Below, piece by piece: positions 44,001 through 57,525 of a stretch of 64,000 nt of DNA. A program made the position numbers and the translations under genes. Position 1 is the first letter of the stretch; every line of letters begins with the position of its first letter. The notes below the pieces were generated by a model that did no database searches, was not told where the DNA came from, and worked only from the letters and a program-made list of their open reading frames with translations. Source of the DNA: Chrysomallon squamiferum. Lineage: Eukaryota; Animalia; Mollusca. The stretch spans positions 18,538,001 through 18,602,000 of the forward strand of contig CM022670.1 of the NCBI GenBank assembly GCA_012295275.1, read 5' to 3'.

Positions 44001-44678
44001 TTGTTGACATTAAGCGAATGAGGTCTTTTAAATACAAACTGTATGAAACGGTATATGGCCTCAGCCGGAAACGAGCAATCAAGTTATGCGCGTGATTAGC
44101 TGGTGACAGCGCACGTGCCTTTTTTTTTTTTTTTTTTTATTTTTTTTTTTTAACTTGAAAATTGTTTAAGAGGTGAAATGAAACAGATCAGCATTTTATA
44201 CAAGAGATATCGTTTGGAGCATTAAGAAATCTAAATACTATTCGTTAATTAAAATAAAATACGAAAGTTAAATTTACAGATTTGAAACTGATTTAAAAGA
44301 AAATTTAGACGCTAATGTTGTTTTAATTATGGAACTTGAAATGATTTGGTTTCTGGATATTATCAAGATGTTAATGTAATTACAGTCGTAAGAAAACATT
44401 TATTCATTACCATCAAAAACTTAAAAACAGTATCCGTTTTGATCACAACAGTCGTTTATCTTTAAATCCCTTATTACATTACACACATATCGCAGTAACA
44501 ACCAAGTTTTCTGTCTTCTGAGCACATTTTTCAACAACTGGTATGTCAAGTGTATGGTGTATGTCTTCCTGTGTGGAAAGTGCATGTTACATATACATTA
44601 ATGCTTAATAATGTTGCAGTGTGGAGATTTCGAGTTTTCTCTCTCATACTGTAATGACAGTATGACATGACTGATATC

Positions 44679-45081
<403 letters not shown>

Positions 45082-45132
45082 AACTGAGAAAAAAAGTTAG
45101 CAATAAAAACGAACAAACAAAAAAACCCACCG

Positions 45133-45176
<44 letters not shown>

Positions 45177-46013
45177 CAGTATTAATTCTTTCATTCGCAC
45201 ATCGAAACACATCCTGAAATACATTTTAACACTAATTTGTTCCACTAATTAAACATATCCTTGGATATAATTAAATCCCGCTAGACAAGCTTTTCCCATC
45301 AATCCTGTAATACTGTTATTAGCAGAGTGACTGTATTTCGAAGGGGTGACCACACTGATTTTGAAACCTTTCTAAATATTCGAGAAATGCAGACGTATTT
45401 AAATCAGAAATAATGAAGAATTTGTTCTTACTTAACGAAGCAGTTGATGCATTTCAAATCAACGGTTGCATGATGTCATATTATACATATGGTACATACC
45501 AAACAGCGGAGAGAAAAAACATACTGGCTGAAGATTAGAGGGAGTTTTTGAATCGGTGCATTATTTATTTAGAAAGATTATAAAAACAAGAACTTTTGGC
45601 CTTTTATCTCGTGTTTTGGAAATAAAAATATGCATTCATTAAAATTTTACTGTGTTATTACTATTTATTTATGTTTTTAATTTTTTTTTATTTACATTGT
45701 ATAAATTATACACACCACTAAGGTTTGCTGAGCATCAAAAGTTTTCTTTACAATGTAAAACATGATTAAAATCTTATCTACGTGTATATAAATATTGAAA
45801 AGCATTTTATTTATATCACCAAGAATTCGTAAACGGAAAACTACGGATAAATGTAACTGTGTTTACGCAGGAATCAAATTTCTTGATGACTAATAATTTG
45901 TAATAACAAATTCAGAATAAGTCCTGAGAAACATCCACACATACACAAGCATTTTTAATTAAAATAAAATAAAATAAAATAAAATAAAATAAAATAAATT
46001 TATAAATAAAAAA

Positions 46014-46060
<47 letters not shown>

Positions 46061-46456
46061 AAATAAATAAATAAATAAATAAATAAACATTAAGAACAAA
46101 TTAAGAACAAATTAAAATATCGTTATTTTGTAATACAGAATTAATCTTAAAGTTACGAGACTTCACGTTTTCCTGTCCAAGGGAAGTAACTCTTGCTTTC
46201 ACAAACGCGGGTAATAATTATTATATATCCTATATAAAAAGACGGGGGAAAAAAAAAAAAAAAAATTGAAATAAAAGCTGATAATTAACATAATTTATGC
46301 AGCAACCATAAAAACAACAACGACAATGACAACAACAGAAGAAGAATGAAGATGATGATAGCGATAATAAAAATAATAATACATTTTTTAAATATATTTA
46401 GTTTTTGATCTGAAGTCTCTACGCAAATAAAAACAAAACAACAAGAACACGGGCGT

Positions 46457-46462
46457 TTTATT
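46457..46462 (-). other. Candidate polyadenylation signal of the lipase
   Basis: AATAAA on the minus strand about 100 nt after the stop. Other candidates exist. Confidence 0.35.
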
Positions 46463-46562
46463 TTTTTGTAAGTAGAAAACATTGTAACAAGAACGGAACA
46501 GTGCTGGTTCCAGTGTTGTTACTTTGTTTGATGATAACGTCTGTGTGTAGTGTCGGTGTTTA

Positions 46563-46638
46563 TTAACAATGCCCAGTCACTGCAAAATGCGAGTGTGAAT
46601 GAGATTTCACATCCTTACCGTAGGCACAGAACGTTGTT
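46563..46638 (-). CDS. Lipase exon 9 (TTFCAYGKDVKSHSHSHFAVTGHC*)
   Basis: tttttcag acceptor; FC...C-terminal Cys pair as in pancreatic lipases; TAA stop overlapping an AATAAA. Confidence 0.85.
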
Positions 46639-47904
46639 CTGAAAAACAACAACAACAAAAACAAAAAAACATACAGAAAAATATTAATACTTAACATGAA
46701 ACTGAGCTGGTAGAGATTAAGTGATAAAGAAGATGGAATGTAACTTGAATTCGAATTATGAATGAGTAGGGTTATGAACACTGTAACCGAATAGAGTGAA
46801 GTATGAAGTATACTGAAATACTGTTTATGTGAATGAAAGTAATTCAATGTATCGAGGAAAGAAGAGCAGTGTGTATGTTTGTGTACATTGTGAATACACA
46901 GAACTGCAGTGTACACGAGAGGAATGCAACCCTGTAGAATTAGACAGTGTGTATGTTCAGGTACATTGTGAATACACAGAACTGCAGTGTACACGAGAGG
47001 AATGCAACCCAGTAGAATTAGACAGTGTGTGAGTAGCAGAAAACATCTGAAAATACAGGTTAAGTGGTGATTTGAAATGTTGTGAAGAACAATAAAATGA
47101 AGAAAACGAATAAAATATTATGAAATATAGTGTATGTAACTAAAGTACAATGTAGTGTATTCATACACGCGCACAGAATGTAACAGAACACACATACGTA
47201 TACAAACAAAAGCAAAATAAAATTAGAGATCGGTTTTACTGACATTTTCTGTGTCTCTCCTTCCAGCATTGTGACGCCCATTATTTTCCAGTCATTTGGA
47301 TACATCCATTTGACTAGGATATTGCTCGTTTCGTCGTAGCTCACCGTGATACCCGTCACGTCAGCCATATCTTGTCGAGATATAATCAAGCTGGACAGTG
47401 TGTTGTGAGCATTTATTACCGTATTTGTCCTAGAGGAAGATTAAAAAAGACTTATACTAATGTTGAAACATTTCCTAGGGTTTGCAATTAAAAATCGTGT
47501 TCTGTTAAACGAAAGATAAGAATAACACTGTAACAGAACCAACTCTCAGACATCGACATTATAAAACAAAACAAAACAAAACAAAAAAAAAATCAAAGTA
47601 TAAAACAGTATTAAAATAAAATATAAATTTGTCAGACTAAAATATATTTGTCATAATCGCCAATTATTTTACCTACTTCATGAGCGGGGTGTCAGCTGTG
47701 TTGCCTGTCGTGGCCTGCAGTTTCACTTTAACCATTCCGTACATGTTGCTGTCTGAAGAGATGTTTACTAGGTAGTGGTAGCCTGTCAATATATATTTTA
47801 AAAATATTAGTTTATACAGTGGCTCTGTAAAAGAAATCTTAAAACTGTATGTCAATACATTAATGACGATGATGAGAATGACTATGAAAATAGTAATAAA
47901 AGCA

Positions 47905-47944
<40 letters not shown>

Positions 47945-50900
47945 CAATGTTGACGATGAAGATGATGATGATGCTAATGATAATTAATCAATGGATGGCA
48001 GCTTCTTCTACAAGCTTGGCTTTCAAAATCCAAGACTGACACTGATAATGAGGACAAAGAAACATCAAACTCATTTATGAAAAGATCGGTAAATTTCCTA
48101 TTGAGAATATTAGAACTGAACTAAATGATTTAGCCTTACGATTACCGCGACTGCTTGATTTTGTATACATTTATTGTCATTTCCTCTTGATATTCTAAAT
48201 CTAGGTTTCTTACATCTAATGTACGTTAATTGATATATATATAAAGATATAATCGAAAGCAGTCGAAAAAGCATCATAATAAATCTAAGCGTACTTTAAA
48301 TGAGTTTGTATCTAGAATAACCTTACACAGATACACTTACTGCAGTAGGTGGAAATACTTTGAGTGTTGAGGTATAGAGATCCTCGAGCTGGAGACTTAT
48401 CTGCGTGATATCCCATTCTAGAACACTGTGTTTTGTTGGCATAACACTGCAGACAGTGTCCTTCGTTGAACTCCTCCCAGCTGGTACATGGATACGCCTC
48501 GAATGGACACTGGGAGTTGATAGACTCCGTGAAAAGGTAACACGACCGCATGTGACTGCATGCTACAGCGGCTTCAGCACCTACAACAACATGCATATGC
48601 TTTTTTACACATCTATACATACACACGTATACATCGACTCATAAAATCATTCATACAGACGTACATAGAGAGAGAGAGAAACAGACAGAGAAACACAAAA
48701 CATTATTGTTGGAGATGTTTACCATAGTATCCCATTGTTGCTTCACTCCAAACTGCGTGTAATAGTTTAGACACGACACTTTTATCGCATCCGGGCTGTT
48801 CTGAACCGCCATTTGGATAGAAGTCCACGTGACCCATTGCTTGCTTTGCACCTAGTCCTAATGAAAGAATGCTCGATGAATCCGTGTGAATCACGTCAAC
48901 AAATTTGGCATCTGTCGGATCTAGGCGAACTGCTGGAGCGGTATCTTGAAAGTAAGGTTCTGCAGGATCCAGACCTGATAAATAATAATAATAATAATAA
49001 TGACAACAACAACAACAACAATAATAATAATAATAACAATAATAATAATAATAATAACAACAACAATAACAATACCAAAAACAACAATAAAACAAAAACA
49101 AAAAAGTACAACTTAAAATTAATAAAGGAGAAAAAGAAATATGATATTTATTTCTATGTACAATTGATTCAAAATAATATGCATATACAAATTTTTATTA
49201 AATAATCTAAAGATCAATGTTGATGGAATTTTGAAAGAATAAAATAAATTTTATTAAGTAATTTTTCCCAAAAAATAAAAAATAAAAAATTTTAAGTGTA
49301 ATTAAAAAGCATTAAAATTTAAAACAAGCAAAATGTATGGTATATTTGAACCCAAAAGAAAACAAACCCTTACCGGTTATTCTTCCTAAATTCTGAACTT
49401 TTTCTCCTGCATAACCAGCGACGTGGGCACCAAGACTGTGGCCGATGACGTGGAAGTCGTCAGCAGAGGCGTTGAAGTTAGTTATAAGAAAGTTGATGAG
49501 CTGTCCAATCTGGGCTCCGACAACGCGAGTGTTTGCAGTCGCTTGTCCGTACGGGATGCCGGCCCCGTGACCCCAGTCCACTGCGATGACGTTCATGTCT
49601 TCCTGTGAACAGTAATTCATTTTAATGTGTGTCGTCGTTGTACTGGAATATATTTTCTATGTTTATTTATATGAAGTGAGTATTTAGAAATATATATTTT
49701 ATTGTCGTATAATGTGTATGATTAGACTCTTCACATTCAAAATTTTCAAGAACAAAGTCCAGTTTTTGTCACATATATATATATTATCTTGCAATTGTAG
49801 TGTGTGTTAGGTTTTGTATGTATGTGTATATGTGTATGTATGTGTGTATGTATATATGTGTCTATGCAGGTGTGTGCATGTGGTCATATTTAAGTAGATA
49901 TGTTGACAAGCTGCTAATTTGATATGTGATGTATGATTAATATATGATCAGTTGTATAATGAACGGAGTGATATGATGTTTTGATAGACAGATATAAATG
50001 AGTTGAAAATCAACACCTTACTTACGTGTTTGAGTAATTCGTGCACCATGTTCTGCACCCACTTACGATGAGCATTATGCGTCCACCCATGAACAACAAA
50101 CTTAGTTTTTTTCTTTGCATCAAAGCTCGATGCTTTAATAGATGTCGTAGCAGGAATTATTTTCTGTTCATTGTTTGTCGTAGGGTTAGCTCTGTCGAAA
50201 TAAATAAATAAATAATTGTTAGATCTCTTGTATAACATTAAAATATTAACAACAGCAAAAGTAATAGTCGTAATTCAGATTCATATAGCAAACATAGCTA
50301 AAGTAGAGATGGTTGTATCAGTAGTAATAATTATAACAGCTGTAGTAAAGGATAGATCAGGATCTTATTTATCTATGTTTGGGTCTGTACGTCTTTTGTG
50401 TCTGCTTTTCTAACTATCCCATTCTCTTTCTATACGTCTACTTGTCTATGTATCTACATTTTTTCTGTCTATCAGCTATATATATTTCTATGTATTTCTA
50501 TGTATCTGTATATCTTTCTCTATGATAGTTTGTCTCTCTCTGTATACGTCTCTGTCTCTGTCTGTGCACAGGCATCATTTCACTTACCGAGTGTACAGAA
50601 AGAAAGCTGTTTGTATTTGTTGTGGTGATTTGGGAAGAAAACTCACAGTTCTGTGAGGGTCAGTGAATGGTGACCTGTTATCAAAACATCCCAGATCTCC
50701 ATAACAGACTTGACTGGGAGTTAAATCACTCAGGAAGAAACCTGAAAAAAAATAAAATAAAATAAAATAACAAAATAAAAAGTCATTGAATGAATATTAT
50801 GCAGAGCTCAGAAGTAAAGCATTTATTAAAATTAACATTCGTTGTACCCTTTCATTAACATAAAATGCAATATTCAGCTGACTTCAATTCTAATGTGTTT

Positions 50901-52317
50901 TCGCTAGAACAAAGACGAACACAGAATGACAATAAATGTAAACATTTAAACAAATTTTGGAAAAGTTTAATCCTGCCATTTTTTTTGTCCATGTAAAATA
51001 ATTCCATTATTTGTTACCTAACAAACCATCCCATATCATCATCATCATCATTATCATCATCACCATCTTCATCATCATCATCAACATTATTATTGTCTTC
51101 TTTTTCTCTTTCATGCTTTATTTTATTTTTAAATTTCATTTATTTATATTTATTGCAACAAATGTACCCGAAAGACTGACCCAACACCTTTGAAATTGTG
51201 ATTAAATTGTTACAAGTTTTGAAATAATATCTTATTTTTCTTAAACATTCACGTATTTGTAGAATTATTTAATGAAATTATATTACTAATTTTACGAATA
51301 AGATCGCATTACAAAATACAAATACCAGTGTAGTTCTGATAATAGAATCCAATTGTGAAACTACATCATAAAGGGACGTTACTCGAGTTTACCGTTATTA
51401 TTATTATTATTACTTGACAAATAAAATTGAAAACATGGATTACCTACCCTGAATTTGTAACACCTTGGAATAATCCACTTCATTGAAACAAAATTTTTTA
51501 AAGTTTTAATTTTAGCTTTATTTTATTTTTATTTTGTTTGTTTGTTTTGTTTAGGTTAACAGTATCTTTAGATGGAATTTATTAATTATTTTTCGCCAGC
51601 TACTTAGTATTAAACACTGACTCATCGTTGTGTTTGTGTGTGTGTGTGTATTTACACACAGACATATATATATATATATATTTTAATTATTATTAATTTT
51701 CTTGTACAGTATTAATTATTTATTTATTTATTTATTATTGTTGTTGTTGGTGGTGGTGGTGGTGATGGTGGTGGTGGTGATGATATTGTTGTTGTTAAAG
51801 GAAAAAGAATTATTTGAACTAGTCTAATTTTTAAGTGGGTATTATTTATTAGTCAGTATTATAAAAAATATATATATATAACTAAATACTGGACATTAAT
51901 AATTTTACTCAAATTTTAAATGATTTACAGTTAGGACTATTTTTGGCATCGACGTTTTCTTTGCTGGGCATTTCTTGAAGTGGACCAAATGTCACGGACG
52001 ATTTTCTTAAGGGCAAGAATAAAGTGAATAATTTCGAGTGGATGACGTCTCGTGAAAAGATTTATTGACCTAAATATTATTTCAGTGTCAGACAGTTTGG
52101 AAACAGTTTGAATGCTGCCAAAATGTAAAGATGTTTTTTTTCCTACTTTACTATTAATAATATTTAATACGACCTGCACATATTTACAGTTCAGATTAAT
52201 ATGTTAATAGCGATAATTATTAAACGGTAGCCGAATTATTATCGGAACGAAAATTATTTCAGAAAGAAGATAGAATTATTATTTTAATGTAAAAAAAAAA
52301 AAAATAAAAAATAAAAA

Positions 52318-52360
<43 letters not shown>

Positions 52361-53532
52361 GTAATAATAAAGAAAATAGTTAAAAAAATAAATATCTTAC
52401 TTACTGTGTCAAAATATTAAATGCATTGTGAGTGAATTATAGAAACTTAATATTTGATTATTTATTTAGTACTGTTGAATACATTTCATATAGATTTATT
52501 GTTATAAATATTGCTACTCTCAATTAATTAATATATGATTAATATTCTATATATGATTAATATCCTAATTGTTAATATTCTTTTATCAGGATTACATTTG
52601 TATTCGTATATTTTAAAATAATAATAATTATAATTATAATCAGATAGGAAATATTATTAATTTATCACAGAATGAAAATAAATTTTATAAAACATTTTTT
52701 TTCTAATATAATTTATATAAACACTGTTTTAATTATTAATTTACTTAAAATACTGTTCCGTTTTAAAACTTTTGTGTTCGAGTTATTAGTTTTACTGTAA
52801 TACAATATAATATAAAAAAATTTACCGTTATTATTTCAGTGTCAATATATTTAATAACAATTTACAAAATTATACTTATCTAATTATTAATCTGCTGTTT
52901 ATAGTTATAAACTTTACTGTGAAAATTATGTGATACAGTATATCAACATTTACCGTTATAATTATTATTTTGGTGTCAGTATATTTAATAACAATTTACA
53001 AAATTCTCCTTATCTATTATTCTGCTGTTTATAGGTATAAAAAGTATTTGAAACAATACATCAATATTTACCATTTAAATTATTACAATCTACAAAGGTC
53101 AGCTTTCCTACTTATTTGTCTGATGTTTATAGCTATAAAACACTTTAAAAGAATTTACTATTAACATTTTTGTTTTACTCGCATTAATTAGTTTATATTC
53201 ATGAATATAAATATCTAACAATTCTACCAATTAACTTCATAAAACCATTGTAATCACCAACAAGGATTCTATTCTTTCTCTGTATACAGCGATATACACC
53301 GTTTTTCGCGGTTTAAGGAACATTATTCTGCTGACCGATATGTAATGACCAACAACGATATTATTTTTGCCTATTAAACAATTGTGCAATTAAATCATGA
53401 GATGACGACTGACGTGATAAATGATTTAATTTCTGTCAGGTATCTAAATAATCGCGTTATGTAGAAAGTATCGTTATGCTCACCTTGAACCACGCTCCAA
53501 GTGAAAGAGAAACAAAAAAAAAATTTCAACAT
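46563..53532 (-). CDS. Pancreatic lipase-related protein (secreted triacylglycerol lipase family, lipase + PLAT-like domain); 9 coding exons, 485 aa
   Basis: Exons 53532-53484, 50741-50588, 50191-50026, 49602-49374, 48974-48723, 48580-48341, 47782-47677, 47429-47244 and 46638-46563 sum to 1458 nt. All introns are GT-AG and phases are consistent. Motifs: VCYGDLGCF, FLYTRANP, VVHGW, NVIAVDW, GHSLG, RITGLDPAEP, DAKFVDVIHT, GHVDFYPNGG.QPGC, CSH. Confidence 0.95.
46867..47030. repeat. 78-bp tandem duplication (about 2.1 copies) in lipase intron 8
   Basis: cagtgtgt starts at 46867, 46945 and 47023; the two full copies are nearly identical. Confidence 0.9.
47244..47429 (-). CDS. Lipase exon 8 (TNTVINAHNTLSSLIISRQDMADVTGITVSY...LEGETQK)
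   Basis: ctctag acceptor, gtcagt donor, open in the expected phase. Confidence 0.85.
47677..47782 (-). CDS. Lipase exon 7, start of PLAT-like domain (YHYLVNISS...GMVKVKLQATTGNT)
   Basis: gacag acceptor, AA|gtaggt donor; the YHY.V motif is typical just after the catalytic domain. Confidence 0.85.
48341..48580 (-). CDS. Lipase exon 6 with catalytic His (ACSH)
   Basis: ACSHMRSCYLFTESINSQCPFEAYPC..MGYHAD..LYLNT..YC; tgtag acceptor, gtaagt donor. Confidence 0.95.
48723..48974 (-). CDS. Lipase exon 5 with catalytic Asp (LDPAEP) and start of lid
   Basis: GLDPAEPYF...RLDPTDAKFVDVIHTD...GHVDFYPNGGSEQPGC; atcag acceptor, gtaaac donor. Confidence 0.96.
49374..49602 (-). CDS. Lipase exon 4 with nucleophile motif GHSLG
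   Basis: EDMNVIAVDW...HVIGHSLGAHVAGYAG...GRIT; cacag acceptor, gtaagg donor. Confidence 0.96.
50026..50191 (-). CDS. Lipase exon 3 (ANPTT...KTKFVVHGWTHNAHRKWVQNMVHELLKH)
   Basis: gacag acceptor, gtaagt donor, HGW oxyanion/beta5-loop motif. Confidence 0.93.
50588..50741 (-). CDS. Lipase exon 2 (FFLSDLTPSQVCYGDLGCFDNRSPFTDPHRTVSFLPKSPQQIQTAFFLYTR)
   Basis: ttttttcag acceptor and gtaagt donor; classic N-terminal CY..LGCF motif. Not in the ORF track. Confidence 0.93.
52820..53150. repeat. Degenerate tandem repeat of ~120-130 bp (about 2.5 copies) in lipase intron 1
   Basis: atttaccgtta...gtgtca.tatatttaataacaatttacaaaatt...ctgctgtttatag repeated. Confidence 0.75.
53484..53532 (-). CDS. Lipase exon 1, signal peptide MLKFFFCFSFTWSVVQ(G)
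   Basis: ATG at 53532, hydrophobic 16-aa leader, donor CAAG|gtgag. Ends in phase 1, matching exon 2. Confidence 0.8.
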
Positions 53533-53681
53533 TATTTAAAAAAAACCAACAAATAAACAACAAAACGACTGTTTCTGATTCTTCCACCGCTTCGAGAAGG
53601 CAAGAAAATGCCCGTTATTTTTTATTATATTTATTATTTTGCCTTTTTTTAATTTTTATTTTTAATTTTTATTTTTTTAAG

Positions 53682-53710
53682 TTTATATGTCTGATAAAAA
53701 GCAAAGATAA
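53682..53710 (-). promoter_or_regulatory. Candidate lipase core promoter: TATAAA plus two WGATAA sites
   Basis: TATAAA on the minus strand at 53682-53687, about 150 nt upstream of the ATG; TGATAA at 53692 and AGATAA at 53705. The AT-rich background lowers specificity. Confidence 0.45.
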
Positions 53711-53979
53711 ACATATGTTAGTTAAGTCGTATTTTCGTATCCTAGACTTGGAAAAATAAGACATGTACGCAGTTTATGTCAGAATTTTACAAATAACTTA
53801 CATCTTAATTTAAACCTAATTAAACGTTATTTTTTTTACATTTTGTCATTAATTAACGAAGTGACAATAGATGTTCATAAAATTCGGCTTTAAACGAAAC
53901 GAAATGTTAGAAAACGTTTAAGATAAATATAGTGTAGTGGCATTTTAGAAGAAACAATATGTCATTTATTTTCTATTTT

Positions 53980-53980
<1 letters not shown>

Positions 53981-54065
<85 letters not shown>
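53981..54065. repeat. (CT)n microsatellite upstream of the lipase promoter
   Basis: Perfect tract. Confidence 0.97.
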
Positions 54066-54069
<4 letters not shown>

Positions 54070-54638
54070 TACGTAACTATCTGCCTCTCTCTCTTTATCT
54101 CTCATTTATATCTGTTTTATATTCCTAAGCTATCACCAATCCCAAATGTTCATTGCACTCGATAGTGTTATGAAAATGTAATTAATATTTCCTTTTTCAA
54201 AGATGTATTACTTTTAAATTCATTTTCCCTATTTGTAAACACATATATTCAAAATACGTAAACACAATCCTTGACTGCTGAGCTATATAAATGTTGTTGA
54301 TGGCCTGCATCACGCCTGTTTATTAATATATAATTGTTATTTCATCTTCCTCGTTCGGGAAATAATATGTTTCTGAATGATAATAAAAATAATGTTTCTA
54401 ATTAGCAGTTGATACCATTCGTTGATAAATACACTTTTTTATTTCATTTCTGTTTCAAAACATAATTACATAATTCGTGCAGTTAAAAAAAAATATATAT
54501 ATTAATAAAAAAAATATGATCCTTCATATTATTTAAAATTATTTTATCGCAGTTTGTTCAGAAGATAACAAAAAGTATATAAATGTTTATATATGTAAAT
54601 ATCTGTGAATATCAAGTTATTATTTTGAATTTAACAAA

Positions 54639-54690
<52 letters not shown>

Positions 54691-54765
54691 GCAGTAACAA
54701 TAACAGTAATAAGAACAATAATATGAACAATAATAAGAAAAAAAATAATCATAAATAAAAAAAAA

Positions 54766-54796
<31 letters not shown>

Positions 54797-55506
54797 ATTT
54801 AAACCCACAGCTATATGTCGTGTAATCAAGTCAGTGGTGACGGTCAGTTTGTTTCTCTCAGAGATAATGCAAAGTGTATTTGTGTGTCAAAGTCAATGTA
54901 TGTCAAAGTGACAAGACGTCCTCCTTGTCTGACTACCCTACAACGCAGAGAGAAGACCAAACAAACCAAAACATGAGTGATGATAAATTCTTCTATCGAT
55001 GACAGTGAACGTGATATTGCTAAAATATGTGTTTGTAGTTTACCTTTCAGTTTCAGAGAAACGTTGTGGGCGTTCTCAAGAGCACTTTTCAAAAGTGGAA
55101 ATACGATATGGTTTTATTTAACTGGACGATGACCTAGAGTTAACTTTGACCTCGCGAGTCAATTCAGACTACGGTGCAAAAAGAAAGTGAAAAAAAAAAA
55201 AAAAGAGATGAAAAGAATAAGCTTCTGATTGAAATTGTTAAGCTGTCTTCTTAAGACTGGCTGATACTGTGATCGAATCTCAGTGTCGGCTGTCAGAGTT
55301 ACTGGATTTATTAATTGATTTCCTTTTTAAATAAAAGTAATGTATCATAAACAGCAAAAGAATTAGGAACGCTGGTATAACTGTTAAACTGTTGGTTTAT
55401 AATGGCAAGTATGGGGTTTTGATTCCTGTTAATGAAATCAAAAGAAACATGTAAGACAGAACAAAAATCGGTTTTGATAACCCGCTGAAAATCTTTTCTT
55501 TTTCTT

Positions 55507-55557
<51 letters not shown>

Positions 55558-57432
55558 CTTAGGTAAACTAACACCATTTTGTGCAGAAATACCCGGCTGC
55601 TGGATTAATTAAAATTAATTCGTATTCATGCCATTATCAAATATTTCAAAGAAATATTTTATTTAATATCCCGCTGAAAATAATTTAACTACGATGATTA
55701 GACGTCAAGATACAGTTAAAAATAGATTATGAGAAAGGCTAAGCAATGGGCTACTCTTTTCAGTTAGCAACAGAGACAGTTTATAAGTAAGTCAGACAGA
55801 CACTGAATCACGCGGCCTGTCGTGGAGCAATGGGTGGATCGGGAAACTACCCACAGAGCGAACTGGCATCTAAATGGGAAAGTATTTTTTTTATTTTTTT
55901 TTTTTTTTTTAAATTCCTTTGATACACTAACACAAGTTTGTGCAGACACCCCTGGATGCTGGATTATGCCGACAAACTAGAATAATTATATTCTATTCAT
56001 ATTCATGCCCTTGTCATGTGGTCGACTGATAATGCTGAGAGACTAAGCTGCACCTAGTTAACCTTGTTGTGTCTTTCTCATTTCAAAGATACGCTGTATG
56101 ATTCTTTTCAGAATCTACTAACAGTTAGTACAAGCATACTTTAATTTCCAGTAGCCTTTTTTCTTCCTTTCTTTCTTCACTTTTTATTTTTTTTTAATGA
56201 TACTCTTCAGAATTTTTTTGAAACTATTTTCATGGAAGTAATCTTATACATTTTAGCTCGACAGTTCCATTACCAGAGGCAAAAAGCTGATATATAAGAT
56301 GGTGCAAATTTATTAATTTTGTGCATCAGGTGTTGAACAATATCGTGTTTGTTTGAGGTTTTATGTTCTGACTGTTTGCTTCATATAGCTTACGGTTACA
56401 CATCGTTTATTTTCGTAAATAACAACCCGCCTACGGGCTCGATTGCAAAATGACCTTGTAACAAAAGCTACAGTATACGGTGCTGACTATACACTTACAT
56501 GCACAGAAAAATAAAGACGGCACCTTTTTGCTTGCGTCACATTTATCTCTGTGCCTTTCATTATCCCAGATTCCAAAACGCCTACAGTAAAAATGCAAGA
56601 TAACTCTGATGTTACCATAGGGCAGATCTAGAGTTGTCCATAGGGATGGTTTCTATCGGCAGATCAGTTATATAAATAAAATCGCAATGTTACTTTATCT
56701 TGTGTAAAATCGGAATCCACAATTTATGTTTTTAATATATTTTTTTTTTTTTTTTTTTTTTTTAAGTTCGTACTAGTGCATGGCTTTATACAAATTGCTG
56801 TGACATTTAATATATCATTGCTTTGTGGCAGTTTTGCATGTCATATACCAATTAGCACAGAAAATTCCTAAAGAAAGCATAGGTCAAAGTTACGCAATTC
56901 AAATTAATCTGGTTTCTCTGCCAAGAAAGCAGCATATTTATATGTGCTCTTTTCAAACACAAATAAAAGTAGAACTTCTTCTGATATAAGAATGATAAAA
57001 AACCCATTTGTTTAATAATTATCACTATTTTATTTTATTGATTGTGGTTTTTATGCATTTTTTCTTTTAAAATTTAAATTTATTTATTTATTTATTTTTG
57101 TTTATTTATTTATTTATTTATTTATTGTTTGTTTGTTTGTTTATTTGTTCATTCATCCATTCATTCATTTTATTTTATTTTATTTTATTTTGTCTATTTA
57201 TTTATCAAAAGTTAAATATCAGTATCTCAGCCTAATAAAGATTACTACAACCGCGACACACTTATCCATGCATGAAACAAACTCAAATGGCGTAAACCAG
57301 ATAATAAAATCATGGGTGGATACAAGATTTCAGTAAAGCAGGGTAATCCATCAATGACGTGGCTAAAATCTTCAAAATCAAATGAAATTCATTATTACTG
57401 GAAATAAAAATAATAAATATAAATAAAAAATA

Positions 57433-57436
<4 letters not shown>

Positions 57437-57523
<87 letters not shown>
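57437..57523. repeat. (CT)n microsatellite
   Basis: Perfect tract. Confidence 0.97.

Positions 57524-57525
<2 letters not shown>

Noticed and set aside
46829-47032. Cys-rich repeated peptide (VHCEYTELQCTREECNPVELDSV x2)
   Set aside because: Arises from the 78-bp intronic duplication, antisense to the lipase, with a non-ATG start.
51937-52179. ORF in lipase intron 1 containing LFTRRHP, resembling the lipase LYTR.NP motif
   Set aside because: No CY..LGCF motif, no compatible splice sites found, and the gene is complete without it.
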